Source: an uncultured Erysipelotrichaceae bacterium (GTDB lineage: Bacteria; Bacillota_I; Bacilli_A; Erysipelotrichales; Erysipelotrichaceae). Taken from it: a stretch of 45,917 bases of DNA. The position numbers were made by a program, and so were the translations under genes. Location of the stretch: assembly GCA_964436975.1 (NCBI GenBank), contig CAYTET010000004.1, positions 1 to 45,917 of the forward strand. Reading direction: 5' to 3'. Positions 9,118 through 17,045 of the stretch are shown here, in pieces. Each line of letters starts with the position of its first letter. Position 1 is the first letter of the stretch. Under the pieces are notes generated by a model that did not search any database, was not told where the DNA came from, and worked only from the letters and a program-made list of their open reading frames with translations.

Positions 9118-10362
9118 TTGGCTTACAGTGAACTGATAAAAGACTTTGAGCGGATCCGTGATTATGTCAGGCAGTTTTATATCTATGGCTTTAAGAGCCG
9201 GGATGATTTCAGGGCCAAAAGCGCCCGCTCCTATGATGACGAGCGCCGCCGGATTGAAAGCTGGCTGGGCGATTATATGAGCTTCCGGCAGACGGCCGAC
9301 GGCAAGAATGTCTTTCTGGCCATTGACAGCCGCATCTTTCACCATAACCCGCTGTATAAGGCCTTAAAGGCTAAAAGCTTTACCGACGGCGACATTACGC
9401 TTCATTTTCTGCTGTTCGACATTCTTTATCAGCCTGAAACAGCCCTTTCATTAGGCCAGATCACTGCCCAGATTGACCAGCGGCTGGCCGGTTTTGCCAA
9501 TCCCAAAACCTTTGATGAATCCACTGTGCGCAAAAAACTGAAAGAATATGTCCAGCTGGGACTGGTTGAAACAGGACGGCAGGGCCGTACGGTGCTGTAC
9601 CGGCGCCAGGCTGATCAGCCTTTAACCTGCTGCGATGCCCTGAATTTCTTTTCCGAAGCCGCTCCCTGCGAGGTCATCGGCTCTTTTCTGCTTGATAAAG
9701 TTGAAAATCATAATGATTACTTTGCCTTCAAGCACCATTACATCACCTCGGCATTGGACAGTGAAATTCTGGCCATACTGTTTGACGCTATTCAAAACCG
9801 CCAGAACGTCCGCCTGACCACGGTCAGTTTCCGCCCCAAGGGAGTACGGCCGGTCAATGCGGTTCCGCTGCGCATTTTTATCAGCGTACAGAACGGCCGG
9901 CAGTATCTTTTTGCCTACGTCGGGGCCACCAGACGCATCAGTTCTTTCCGCCTCGACAATATCAGCACCGTGGTTGCTCTGGACCCCTGTCCTGATTATG
10001 AGCGTCTGCGGGCCAAACTTGACCAACTGCAGTCCGGCATGTGGGGTGTCAGCACTACCAACCAGAACCGGCCGCTGCAGCATGTGGAATTCACTGTCCG
10101 CTACAGTCCGGACGAAGAACATATCCATCGCCGGCTACTGCGGGAGAAGCGCTGCGGCAGAGTGGAAAGGCTGTCACCCGTAACCAGCCGGTTTTCCGCT
10201 GATGTCTATGACGCCAATGAACTGGTGCCCTGGATCCGCACCTTCATCTGCCGGATCACCCGCATTCAGTTTTCAGAGCCGCTCCAGCAGAAACGATTTT
10301 ATGATGATCTTAACGCCATGTATAAGATGTACGGTCTAAAAAAGGAAGGTGGGGCAGAATGA
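9118..10362 (+). CDS. Putative WYL-domain transcriptional regulator (wHTH plus WYL-like segment); TTG start
   Basis: 414 aa; winged-helix-like segment (VRKKLKEYVQLGLVETGRQGRTVLYRR); WYL-like core (GRQYLFAYVGATRRISSFRLDNISTV); RBS AAAGGAGG 6 nt before a TTG; 4-bp ATGA overlap with the next gene. Confidence 0.45.
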   Translation: MAYSELIKDFERIRDYVRQFYIYGFKSRDDFRAKSARSYDDERRRIESWLGDYMSFRQTADGKNVFLAIDSRIFHHNPLYKALKAKSFTDGDITLHFLLFDILYQPETALSLGQITAQIDQRLAGFANPKTFDESTVRKKLKEYVQLGLVETGRQGRTVLYRRQADQPLTCCDALNFFSEAAPCEVIGSFLLDKVENHNDYFAFKHHYITSALDSEILAILFDAIQNRQNVRLTTVSFRPKGVRPVNAVPLRIFISVQNGRQYLFAYVGATRRISSFRLDNISTVVALDPCPDYERLRAKLDQLQSGMWGVSTTNQNRPLQHVEFTVRYSPDEEHIHRRLLREKRCGRVERLSPVTSRFSADVYDANELVPWIRTFICRITRIQFSEPLQQKRFYDDLNAMYKMYGLKKEGGAE

Positions 10363-11273
10363 TCTTCTCTGAACTGTATGGCTGCTATTACAATGCCGTG
10401 GCGGCTATCATTAATTCCGCCTGCCGGCATCCGGCGACCAAAGCCGATCTTGATGCCATCAGCAATTCCGCAGCCTTTGCGGAAAGTTTTCTTACTATCA
10501 CCCCGGCCCTGACCGACGGGCGCTGGCCGCTGCTGCAGCCTGACGGATCACCGGTGCTGCATCATCCGGCCTCAATGCCGCTGACCCTGCTGCAGAAACG
10601 CTGGCTCAAGGCAATCGCTGCTGATCCCCGCATCCGGCTCTTCGACTTTGACATGACCGGGCTGCAGGATGTCATCCCCCTGTTCAGACCGGAGGACATC
10701 TGTTTATTTGACCAGTATGCCGATGGTGACCCTTATCAGGATGAAGCCTATATTGCTAATTTCCATCAGATTCTTGACGCCATTAAGCAGCGCCGGCCCC
10801 TGGCTGTTACCGTAACCAACCGTCACGTCGGACTCAGCCGGACCGCCATCATGCCGGAGTATCTTGAGTATTCGGAAAAGGATGATAAATTCCGCCTGTT
10901 TACTTCCGGATGCCGCTACGGCCGCGTTATTAATCTGGGCCGCATTGTCAAATGCCAGCCGGCCCCGGACCTTAGCCACCGCTATCCGCCCAAGTCGCCG
11001 CCCGCCAGCAATTGCAGTGTCACAGTCAAACTGTATGACAGCCGGCAGGCCCTGCCCCGCTTCATGCTGCACTTTGCCCACTTTGAAAAAGAGGCCCTGC
11101 GGCTGGATGACCGGCATTACCGGATTACGATCAAGTACCATAAAGATGACGAAACGGAGCTGGTCATCAGGATACTGTCCTTCGGCCCTATGGTCAAAGT
11201 AACCGCTCCGGAATCTTTTGTAGCCCTGATTAAAGATCGTCTGCAAAGACAGATAAGCTGCCAGCTCGGTTGA
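10359..11273 (+). CDS. Putative WYL-domain protein, partner of the upstream gene (translationally coupled)
   Basis: 304 aa; N-terminus MIFSELYGCYYNAVAAII resembles WYL-domain proteins of Clostridia; WYL-like segment (KFRLFTSGCRYGRVINLGRIVKC); overlaps the upstream stop by 4 nt. Confidence 0.4.
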   Translation: MIFSELYGCYYNAVAAIINSACRHPATKADLDAISNSAAFAESFLTITPALTDGRWPLLQPDGSPVLHHPASMPLTLLQKRWLKAIAADPRIRLFDFDMTGLQDVIPLFRPEDICLFDQYADGDPYQDEAYIANFHQILDAIKQRRPLAVTVTNRHVGLSRTAIMPEYLEYSEKDDKFRLFTSGCRYGRVINLGRIVKCQPAPDLSHRYPPKSPPASNCSVTVKLYDSRQALPRFMLHFAHFEKEALRLDDRHYRITIKYHKDDETELVIRILSFGPMVKVTAPESFVALIKDRLQRQISCQLG

Positions 11274-11289
11274 GTTCGCAGCTTTTTTT
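11255..11289 (+). terminator. Rho-independent terminator of the WYL gene pair (stop codon inside the loop)
   Basis: AAGCTGC (11255-11261) / GCAGCTT (11278-11284) stem followed by T7 (11283-11289). Confidence 0.6.
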
Positions 11290-11322
11290 CCGTGATAACC
11301 GTTCTTCTTTCTCCTATTCTTA

Positions 11323-11482
11323 GGGTGCAGGCAGGTTAACTATTGCGGGTGTCTGGATGACACTGCGGTGCACGAGGATGTTCCAAAGTGTATGCCGGTT
11401 AGCTGCTGCACTAGGAAATAGTCCTTCCTCTAGGGAGAGATCCGCTAATATCGCAGGTTCGAATCCTGCCTGACATTAACCA
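11323..11482 (+). ncRNA. Candidate tRNA-like (tRNA-mimic / Y-RNA-like) structured RNA, or a decayed tRNA or att remnant, upstream of the RtcB operon
   Basis: Perfect T-arm GCAGG-TTCGAAT-CCTGC (11453-11469), then CTGACAT, T, AACCA; possible acceptor pairing AUGCCGG (11392-11398) with CUGACAU (11470-11476) at 6/7, then UU at the position-8/9 equivalent; anticodon-arm-like AGGAA-AUAGUCC-UUCCU (11413-11429) with U33; long variable region; 5' GGGUGCAGGCAGG can alternatively pair with 3' CCUGCCUG; a -35/-10-like GTGATA-17-TATTCT lies just upstream (11301-11329). Not a canonical cloverleaf. Confidence 0.3.
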
Positions 11483-11773
11483 AAAATGATGTCTGCCAAC
11501 TGGTTTGGATGCCGCTTATAACGGCACTGTAATGTCACTGTACATTACGCAATTTCCTCAAATTTCGTTATCCGGTCCGGATGGAAAGCATTATCTAGGC
11601 AATCCACCGTCGGACAATGGGTCTGATGCCCTGTCTGAAAACAGATACCGCTGTCCCAGACGGCCGGCCAGCAGGCAATACTATCCGCCCGCCGATCTGC
11701 CCTGCTCAAGTCTTCAGCCGCATCATATTCATGGATAACGAAAAACGCGATTTAACCAAAGGAGGTTTCACAT

Positions 11774-12874
11774 ATGAAAACGGTTATTATCAATGAGAAT
11801 CAGAAAGGCTTTTTATTCAAAAACGGCAAGTACGTAAAACTGCTTAAAGCCGGCCGGTATCATCAATTTGGCGGCCGCCGCATTGAGATTGCGGACCTGG
11901 ATGCCGCCGTTGGCAGCCCGATGTGTCAGCTGGACACCCTTTTAGCCGACCCGGAAGTAGCCGCCCTGGTTTCGGTTATCGAAGTTGCCGATCAGAAAAA
12001 GGCTCTGCATTTTGTCGATGAAAAGTTTACCGGAATTCTGCCGGCCGGCAAGTTTGCTTTCTGGAACGGCACCAGCCAGCACCGCTTTCAGTTAGTCGAC
12101 GTTTCAACGCCCAATGTCAGTTCAGATGTGCCGGCCTATATTTTTGCCCAGCTGCCGCCGGTTTCATTTGTCAAAGTGGAGGTGGCCCAGTATCAGAAGG
12201 CCCGTCTGTACTTTGACAAGAAGCTGGTCAGTGTGCTGGAGGCCGGAACGTATTATTTCTGGCGCACCAGTGTCCATGTCGATTTTGATCTTGTCGATAC
12301 CCGCCTGACCCAGATGGAAATCAGCGGCCAGGAAATCATGACCCAGGACAAGGTCAGTCTGCGCATTAATTTTGTATGCAGCTACCGCATTACCGATTAC
12401 ATCAAGATTGTCACCAAGGTCGACGATTATGCCGAGCAGATTCATCTGACGGCCCAGCTGGCCCTGCGCGACTATGTCGGCCGGCAGAAACTTGATGACA
12501 TTCTGGCCAACAAGGACGAGATTTCAAGCTATGTCTTTGAAAAGCTCAAGGCCAAGGAAAGCGAACTGTATGTCAGATTCAGCGAAGCCGGAGTCAAGGA
12601 TATTATTCTGCCCGGCGAAATCCGCGACATCATGAATACGGTTCTGATGGCTGAAAAACGCGCCCAGGCCAATGTCATTACCCGCCGTGAAGAAGTTGCT
12701 TCAACCCGCTCGCTGCTTAACACCGCCAAACTGATGGAGGAAAACCAAACTCTTTACAAACTTAAGGAACTGGAAAGCATTGAGCATATCTGTGAGAATG
12801 TCGGCAGCATCAGCCTCAACGGTTCAGGCGATATCTTAGCCCAGCTGATGAATATGATGCATACCGGCCGCTGA
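11774..12874 (+). CDS. SPFH/band-7 (stomatin/slipin-like) domain protein with three N-terminal beta-hairpin-like repeats; no obvious TM segment
   Basis: C-terminal half matches SPFH (SLRINFVCSYRITDY...GVKDIILPGEIRD...AEKRAQANVITRREEVAS); RBS AAAGGAGG 9 nt upstream. Confidence 0.8.
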   Translation: MKTVIINENQKGFLFKNGKYVKLLKAGRYHQFGGRRIEIADLDAAVGSPMCQLDTLLADPEVAALVSVIEVADQKKALHFVDEKFTGILPAGKFAFWNGTSQHRFQLVDVSTPNVSSDVPAYIFAQLPPVSFVKVEVAQYQKARLYFDKKLVSVLEAGTYYFWRTSVHVDFDLVDTRLTQMEISGQEIMTQDKVSLRINFVCSYRITDYIKIVTKVDDYAEQIHLTAQLALRDYVGRQKLDDILANKDEISSYVFEKLKAKESELYVRFSEAGVKDIILPGEIRDIMNTVLMAEKRAQANVITRREEVASTRSLLNTAKLMEENQTLYKLKELESIEHICENVGSISLNGSGDILAQLMNMMHTGR

Positions 12875-12936
12875 CAGACCGAATAACAGGCCAAAGCCGG
12901 CTTAGCTGGCTTTGGCCCGAAGGAAAGGAAATCATC

Positions 12937-14139
12937 ATGATTGAAATCAAAGGACGGTACAACACGGCCGTATGCTACACAGATATGCTGCCGGATAAGG
13001 CCGCCGACCAGATTAAAACAATCTGTGATCAGGAAGTATTTAAAGACAGCAGGATCCGCATTATGCCCGATGTGCATGCCGGCAAAGCATGCACCATCGG
13101 CACCACCATGACTATTACCGACAAAGTTGTACCTTCAATGGTCGGCGTTGATATCGGCTGTGGCATGGAGACCGTGCAGATTGATCAGACTTCAATTGAT
13201 TTTTCCAAACTGGATGAACTGATTCACAGTCAGATTCCCTGCGGCCGCAGCATCCGTACAGTGCCTCATCCTTATACCGCCCTGATTGACCTGGCCCAGC
13301 TGCGCTGCGCTCCCTTTATCAACCGGAGCCGGGCTGACTTAAGCCTTGGATCACTGGGCGGCGGCAACCACTTCATTGAGGCGGATAAGGCCGAAGACGG
13401 TTCACTGTATATCGTCATTCATTCCGGCAGCCGGCATTTAGGTTTGGAAGTGGCCGAGTTTTACCAGAAGCAGGGCTGGCTGGCCTTAGGCGGCGGCAGT
13501 CGCTATCAGATCAGCAAGCTGATTGAGGAATTAAAGCAGCAGGGCCGCCAGAAGGAAATCCAGCCGCTGATTGAAGAAACAAAGAAGCTGCACACAGTCG
13601 ATATTCCCAAAGATCTGGCTTATGTCCAGGGCCAGCTGTTTGATGATTATATCCATGACATGCATCTGATCCAGCAGTATGCCGTCTTAAACCGCAAGGC
13701 CATGATGGACGTTATTATAAACGGCATGGCTTTTACCAAAAAAGATGAATTCACTACTGTTCATAACTACATTGACACTGCCGCCATGATTCTGCGCAAA
13801 GGCGCAGTCTCGGCAAAGCAGAACGAAAAACTGCTTATTCCCATCAATATGAGAGACGGCAGTTTGATATGCGTCGGCAAGGGCAATGAAGAGTGGAACT
13901 GCTCCGCACCGCACGGGGCCGGCCGGCTGATGAGCCGCACACAGGCTTTTGCCGGACTGACCATGCAACAGTACCAGCAGGAAATGCAGGGTATTTATTC
14001 CAGCTGCATTAATGCCGACACCATTGACGAATCACCGATGGCCTACAAAAGCATGTCTGAGATTATTGCCCAGATCCAGCCTACAGTAACGATATGCCGG
14101 CAGATTAAACCTGTTTATAACTTCAAGGCTTCCGATTAA
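12937..14139 (+). CDS. rtcB: RtcB-family RNA 3'-phosphate / 2',3'-cyclic phosphate ligase (400-aa form)
   Basis: Motifs MPDVHAGKA, GGGNHFIE, HSGSRHLG and CSAPHGAGR match the RtcB metal- and GMP-binding signature residues; good RBS. Confidence 0.85.
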   Translation: MIEIKGRYNTAVCYTDMLPDKAADQIKTICDQEVFKDSRIRIMPDVHAGKACTIGTTMTITDKVVPSMVGVDIGCGMETVQIDQTSIDFSKLDELIHSQIPCGRSIRTVPHPYTALIDLAQLRCAPFINRSRADLSLGSLGGGNHFIEADKAEDGSLYIVIHSGSRHLGLEVAEFYQKQGWLALGGGSRYQISKLIEELKQQGRQKEIQPLIEETKKLHTVDIPKDLAYVQGQLFDDYIHDMHLIQQYAVLNRKAMMDVIINGMAFTKKDEFTTVHNYIDTAAMILRKGAVSAKQNEKLLIPINMRDGSLICVGKGNEEWNCSAPHGAGRLMSRTQAFAGLTMQQYQQEMQGIYSSCINADTIDESPMAYKSMSEIIAQIQPTVTICRQIKPVYNFKASD

Positions 14140-14171
14140 GCAAACCGGCATTATAAAGGAGGGCTGTTATT

Positions 14172-14924
14172 ATGAAGGAAAGGATACTGAACGAACTTGA
14201 TACCATTGCGGCTGCCGAAAATGTCAGAATCCTGCTGGCCGCTGAATCAGGCAGCCGGGGCTGGGGATTTGCCTCGGCCGACAGCGATTACGATGTCCGT
14301 TTCATTTATGTGCGCCGGCGCTCGGATTATCTGCGGCTGGAAAAAAGCCGGGATGTCATCGAACGTCCGATCAGTGATGATCTGGATATCAACGGCTGGG
14401 ATCTGGCTAAAGCCCTGAGGCTGCTGCATGGATCCAACCCTATCCTGTTTGAGTGGTTCTCTTCACCTATTGTTTATACCAGCACGCCCTTTGCGGAAGA
14501 ACTTAAAGAGTTTATGATTCCTTATTTTTCCATTAAAAAAGGGCTGTGCCACTACCGGGCCATGGCCAAACGCAACTACAGCGATTACCTGCAGACTGAC
14601 ATGGTCAGACTCAAGAAGTATTTCTATGTCCTGCGGCCGCTGCTGGCCAGCCGCTGGATCTGCGAGCACCGCAGTGTGCCGCCAATGCTGTTCAGCGAAC
14701 TGGTCCAAACTGAATTAGAGCCTGAATTTATCGAAGAGGTTACTCACCTGCTTGACTTGAAAATCGGCTCTCCGGAAGTCAGAATGATTCCCCGCTGTGC
14801 CAGACTGAACGGATACATTGAAAAAGGGCTGGCTGAATTGGATGAAACGTTCAGCCGCCTGCCGGCTGAACCGGCTAAAGGCTGGGCGGAACTTGATAAA
14901 CTGTTTTTAAGTCAGCTGGTCTGA
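14172..14924 (+). CDS. Pol-beta superfamily nucleotidyltransferase, PF10127-like (RtcB-associated 'RlaP'-type)
   Basis: GSRGWGFASADSDYDVRFIY is a GS...DxD nucleotidyltransferase motif; about 250 aa; immediately downstream of rtcB with an RBS. Confidence 0.65.
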   Translation: MKERILNELDTIAAAENVRILLAAESGSRGWGFASADSDYDVRFIYVRRRSDYLRLEKSRDVIERPISDDLDINGWDLAKALRLLHGSNPILFEWFSSPIVYTSTPFAEELKEFMIPYFSIKKGLCHYRAMAKRNYSDYLQTDMVRLKKYFYVLRPLLASRWICEHRSVPPMLFSELVQTELEPEFIEEVTHLLDLKIGSPEVRMIPRCARLNGYIEKGLAELDETFSRLPAEPAKGWAELDKLFLSQLV

Positions 14925-14972
14925 AAAAAGACGGAATCGCATCACATTGATATGATGCAGTCCCGTCTTTTT
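14924..14972. terminator. Bidirectional terminator between the convergent NTase and pRiA4b-ORF3-like genes
   Basis: AAGACGG (14927-14933) / CCGTCTT (14963-14969) outer stem with inner GCATCA/TGATGC hairpin; A-run before and T-run (to 14972) after. Confidence 0.5.
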
Positions 14973-14979
14973 CTTGTCT

Positions 14980-16119
14980 TTACAGAATGTCGGCCGGTTC
15001 GATATACTTTCCGGCATAGCCCTGCATTTTAGCCCATTCGCTCATTTCAGCTATTTCCTGCCGGCTGCCGTCATGCAGCTGCTGGAGAAAACTACAGTAT
15101 CCGCCAATGCCGCCGACATCATCCATCATGCCCATTCCATCAGCCGCAACACAGACCGGACGGCGGGCGGCCAAAGTTTTTACCGCATAGCCGGCCTGCT
15201 GATAAGACGGCCGGTCGGCCCAGATCTGCAGGCAGGTGATTTTTACTTCCCAGCCATCGCCGTAATCATACTGATAGCGAAGCTCTTTAAAGTAAGGGTA
15301 AGTCAGCGGGGTATGGCTGTGGGTGGCCGTATGGCAGTCCGCAATGGCCTGCTGACAGTCGGCTTCCCATTTTTGAAGGCTGGGCTGACAGTCAGCCGGC
15401 ACCAGCAGATCGGCAACACACAGCCGCTCAATCAGATCGCACAGCGGACCGCCCAGATCGATAGTCGTTCTCATTTGCTCCATTGTCAAATCATCTGTCG
15501 CCACAGTTTTACAACCCAGAGCCACCTTCTGTTCGGCTTCCGGCAGCTGATTAAGCTTTTTGTAATCCTGGTCTTGCCAATTGCGCGGCTTATGGATCTC
15601 AAAGGATGGATATTTCTGGATAAAAGCGGCGACGGCATTCTGACATTCATCATACAGTTCATTCTTACCGCCATAGTAATAAGGTCCGGTATACTTCCGG
15701 CGCACCCATCTGTCATAAGCGGTGCCATCCTTATAATCATCATCCCAGTAAAGATCTTCAAAATCCTCACTGGGGAAGCGGTAATACAGACCGCACAGCT
15801 GCCGCCAGCGGGCAAAGGTGTCCGGATTTACCGTCTCCGCAAATTCCTTTTCATATGGCTGGAAACTGTGCAGGTGTGAATTCTGCCAGCCGAACGCCCT
15901 GTTGATGGCAAAATGCAGGGCATGTAGGGTCATATCCCCGGGAATGATGAAATCCCGGCTGATGCCATTTTGAACATGACTGTAGCGGCGCAGCAGATTC
16001 ATCATTTCATTATCGTCAGTAACTCCGCCCATATCTAATTCCAAATGCAGTTTCATGGCATAAGGCAGCGGATTTTCTTCTCCGCCCTGCCATTTTCTTT
16101 CTTCCGTTATGTTTATCAT
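14980..16119 (-). CDS. pRiA4b ORF-3-like family protein (plasmid- and mobile-element-associated protein of unknown function)
   Basis: GDMTLHALHFAINRAFGWQNSHLHSF matches the conserved core of the pRiA4b ORF-3 family; RBS GGAGA upstream. Confidence 0.5.
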   Translation of the reverse strand: MINITEERKWQGGEENPLPYAMKLHLELDMGGVTDDNEMMNLLRRYSHVQNGISRDFIIPGDMTLHALHFAINRAFGWQNSHLHSFQPYEKEFAETVNPDTFARWRQLCGLYYRFPSEDFEDLYWDDDYKDGTAYDRWVRRKYTGPYYYGGKNELYDECQNAVAAFIQKYPSFEIHKPRNWQDQDYKKLNQLPEAEQKVALGCKTVATDDLTMEQMRTTIDLGGPLCDLIERLCVADLLVPADCQPSLQKWEADCQQAIADCHTATHSHTPLTYPYFKELRYQYDYGDGWEVKITCLQIWADRPSYQQAGYAVKTLAARRPVCVAADGMGMMDDVGGIGGYCSFLQQLHDGSRQEIAEMSEWAKMQGYAGKYIEPADIL

Positions 16120-16217
16120 TATTTTTCTCCAGCCCCCGCAGAGCGGGTATATATTTACTTGTATTCTATACTGATTTTAATGCTATCCGCAAAAAACAGC
16201 CGTGAAGCTGTCTATAA

Positions 16218-17003
16218 TCAATTTGTTTTGTTTTTGCGGCGGGTCTTAATCATGTCCAGCATGACCTGCGCCGTCGGCTGCCACTTCCGGGCATCAAAAG
16301 TGCTATCTAAAACCGCGCTGCCGGTATAAGCAGCCAAAGCGGCCGCAATAATATCATGACATGAATCAGGCAGTGAGCGGACGGCCCACTGGCCGCCCTG
16401 CTTCTTGCCCATGATCCGGCCGGTCTGCAGATAAGCCAGGGTCCGGCTCAGGTTGAGAATTGTACTGACCGGCGTTTTTACCAGCTGAGCCGGGGCATCG
16501 CAGATGTCAGCCATGACACTGCTCATATAATCATGCTTTGAAACAGGGCTGAAGATCTGCGCGGCCGGCGGACCGGCCATGACAATTCCCGACTGGCGGA
16601 TCACGGCCATATGGGCCGCCAGATCCGGATCAAGGCCGCTGGATTTGGCTGCATAGGCCGCCGGATCACGCCGGCATTTTTCTTTGTGCATATTGGAGAA
16701 GTGAAGCTGGTAAGGTGTCGGATAGACCGGATGCTGGCAGACCGAGCGCAGAATCACACTCATCTCCAGCCCTTTGGCCGGGGCCTGGCTGTCCAGATCC
16801 AGCAGGGCCTGCAGAAAAGCAGTTTTGGCCGGCAGACTGACCGGCTGGGTTACAACAATTATAAAATCAATGTCACTGACCGCCCAGCGGAAGCCGCCCA
16901 AAGCCAAAGAGCCGTGAACATACATCCCGGTATATGATGAGCCAAATAGCAAAGCCGCCTGCCGGCTGATATTCTGGCATAAAACTTCGGCCCGGCCGTT
17001 CAT
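16218..17003 (-). CDS. ANT(3'')/ANT(9)-family aminoglycoside nucleotidyltransferase-like protein (AadA-like, with DUF4111-type C-terminal domain)
   Basis: LFGSSYTGMYVHGSLALGGFRWAVSDIDFIIVV parallels the AadA/ANT(9) nucleotidyltransferase motif; C-terminus ILNLSRTLAYLQTGRIMGKKQGGQWAVRSLPDSCHDIIAAALAAYTG parallels the AadA C-terminal region. Confidence 0.65.
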   Translation of the reverse strand: MNGRAEVLCQNISRQAALLFGSSYTGMYVHGSLALGGFRWAVSDIDFIIVVTQPVSLPAKTAFLQALLDLDSQAPAKGLEMSVILRSVCQHPVYPTPYQLHFSNMHKEKCRRDPAAYAAKSSGLDPDLAAHMAVIRQSGIVMAGPPAAQIFSPVSKHDYMSSVMADICDAPAQLVKTPVSTILNLSRTLAYLQTGRIMGKKQGGQWAVRSLPDSCHDIIAAALAAYTGSAVLDSTFDARKWQPTAQVMLDMIKTRRKNKTN

Positions 17004-17045
17004 CTCATCAGCTCCCGTCTTTTCTTCACAAAACTGTCCGCTGCC

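Noticed and set aside
8628-9345. ORFs 8628-8867(-) and 8950-9345(-) in the divergent adhesin/WYL intergenic region
   Set aside because: The first spans a terminator hairpin. The second overlaps the well-supported WYL gene start on the opposite strand. Neither has an RBS.
9622-11246. Long antisense ORFs (168 aa, 180 aa) opposite the WYL genes
   Set aside because: Antisense to ORFs with conserved motif structure and translational coupling; no independent start signals.
11453-11482. A genuine tRNA, tmRNA or T-box at the GGTTCGAATCC T-loop
   Set aside because: No 7-bp acceptor stem partner at the expected distance, no D-arm, displaced CCA. The region is too short for tmRNA and the 5' end lacks the tmRNA acceptor complement. 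No T-box AGGGTGGNACCGCG motif. Kept only as a tRNA-like or remnant candidate.
11505-11738. 77-aa ORF in the rtcB-operon leader
   Set aside because: No RBS, Pro/Ser/Arg-rich low-complexity translation typical of GC-rich non-coding sequence; it overlaps predicted RNA stems.
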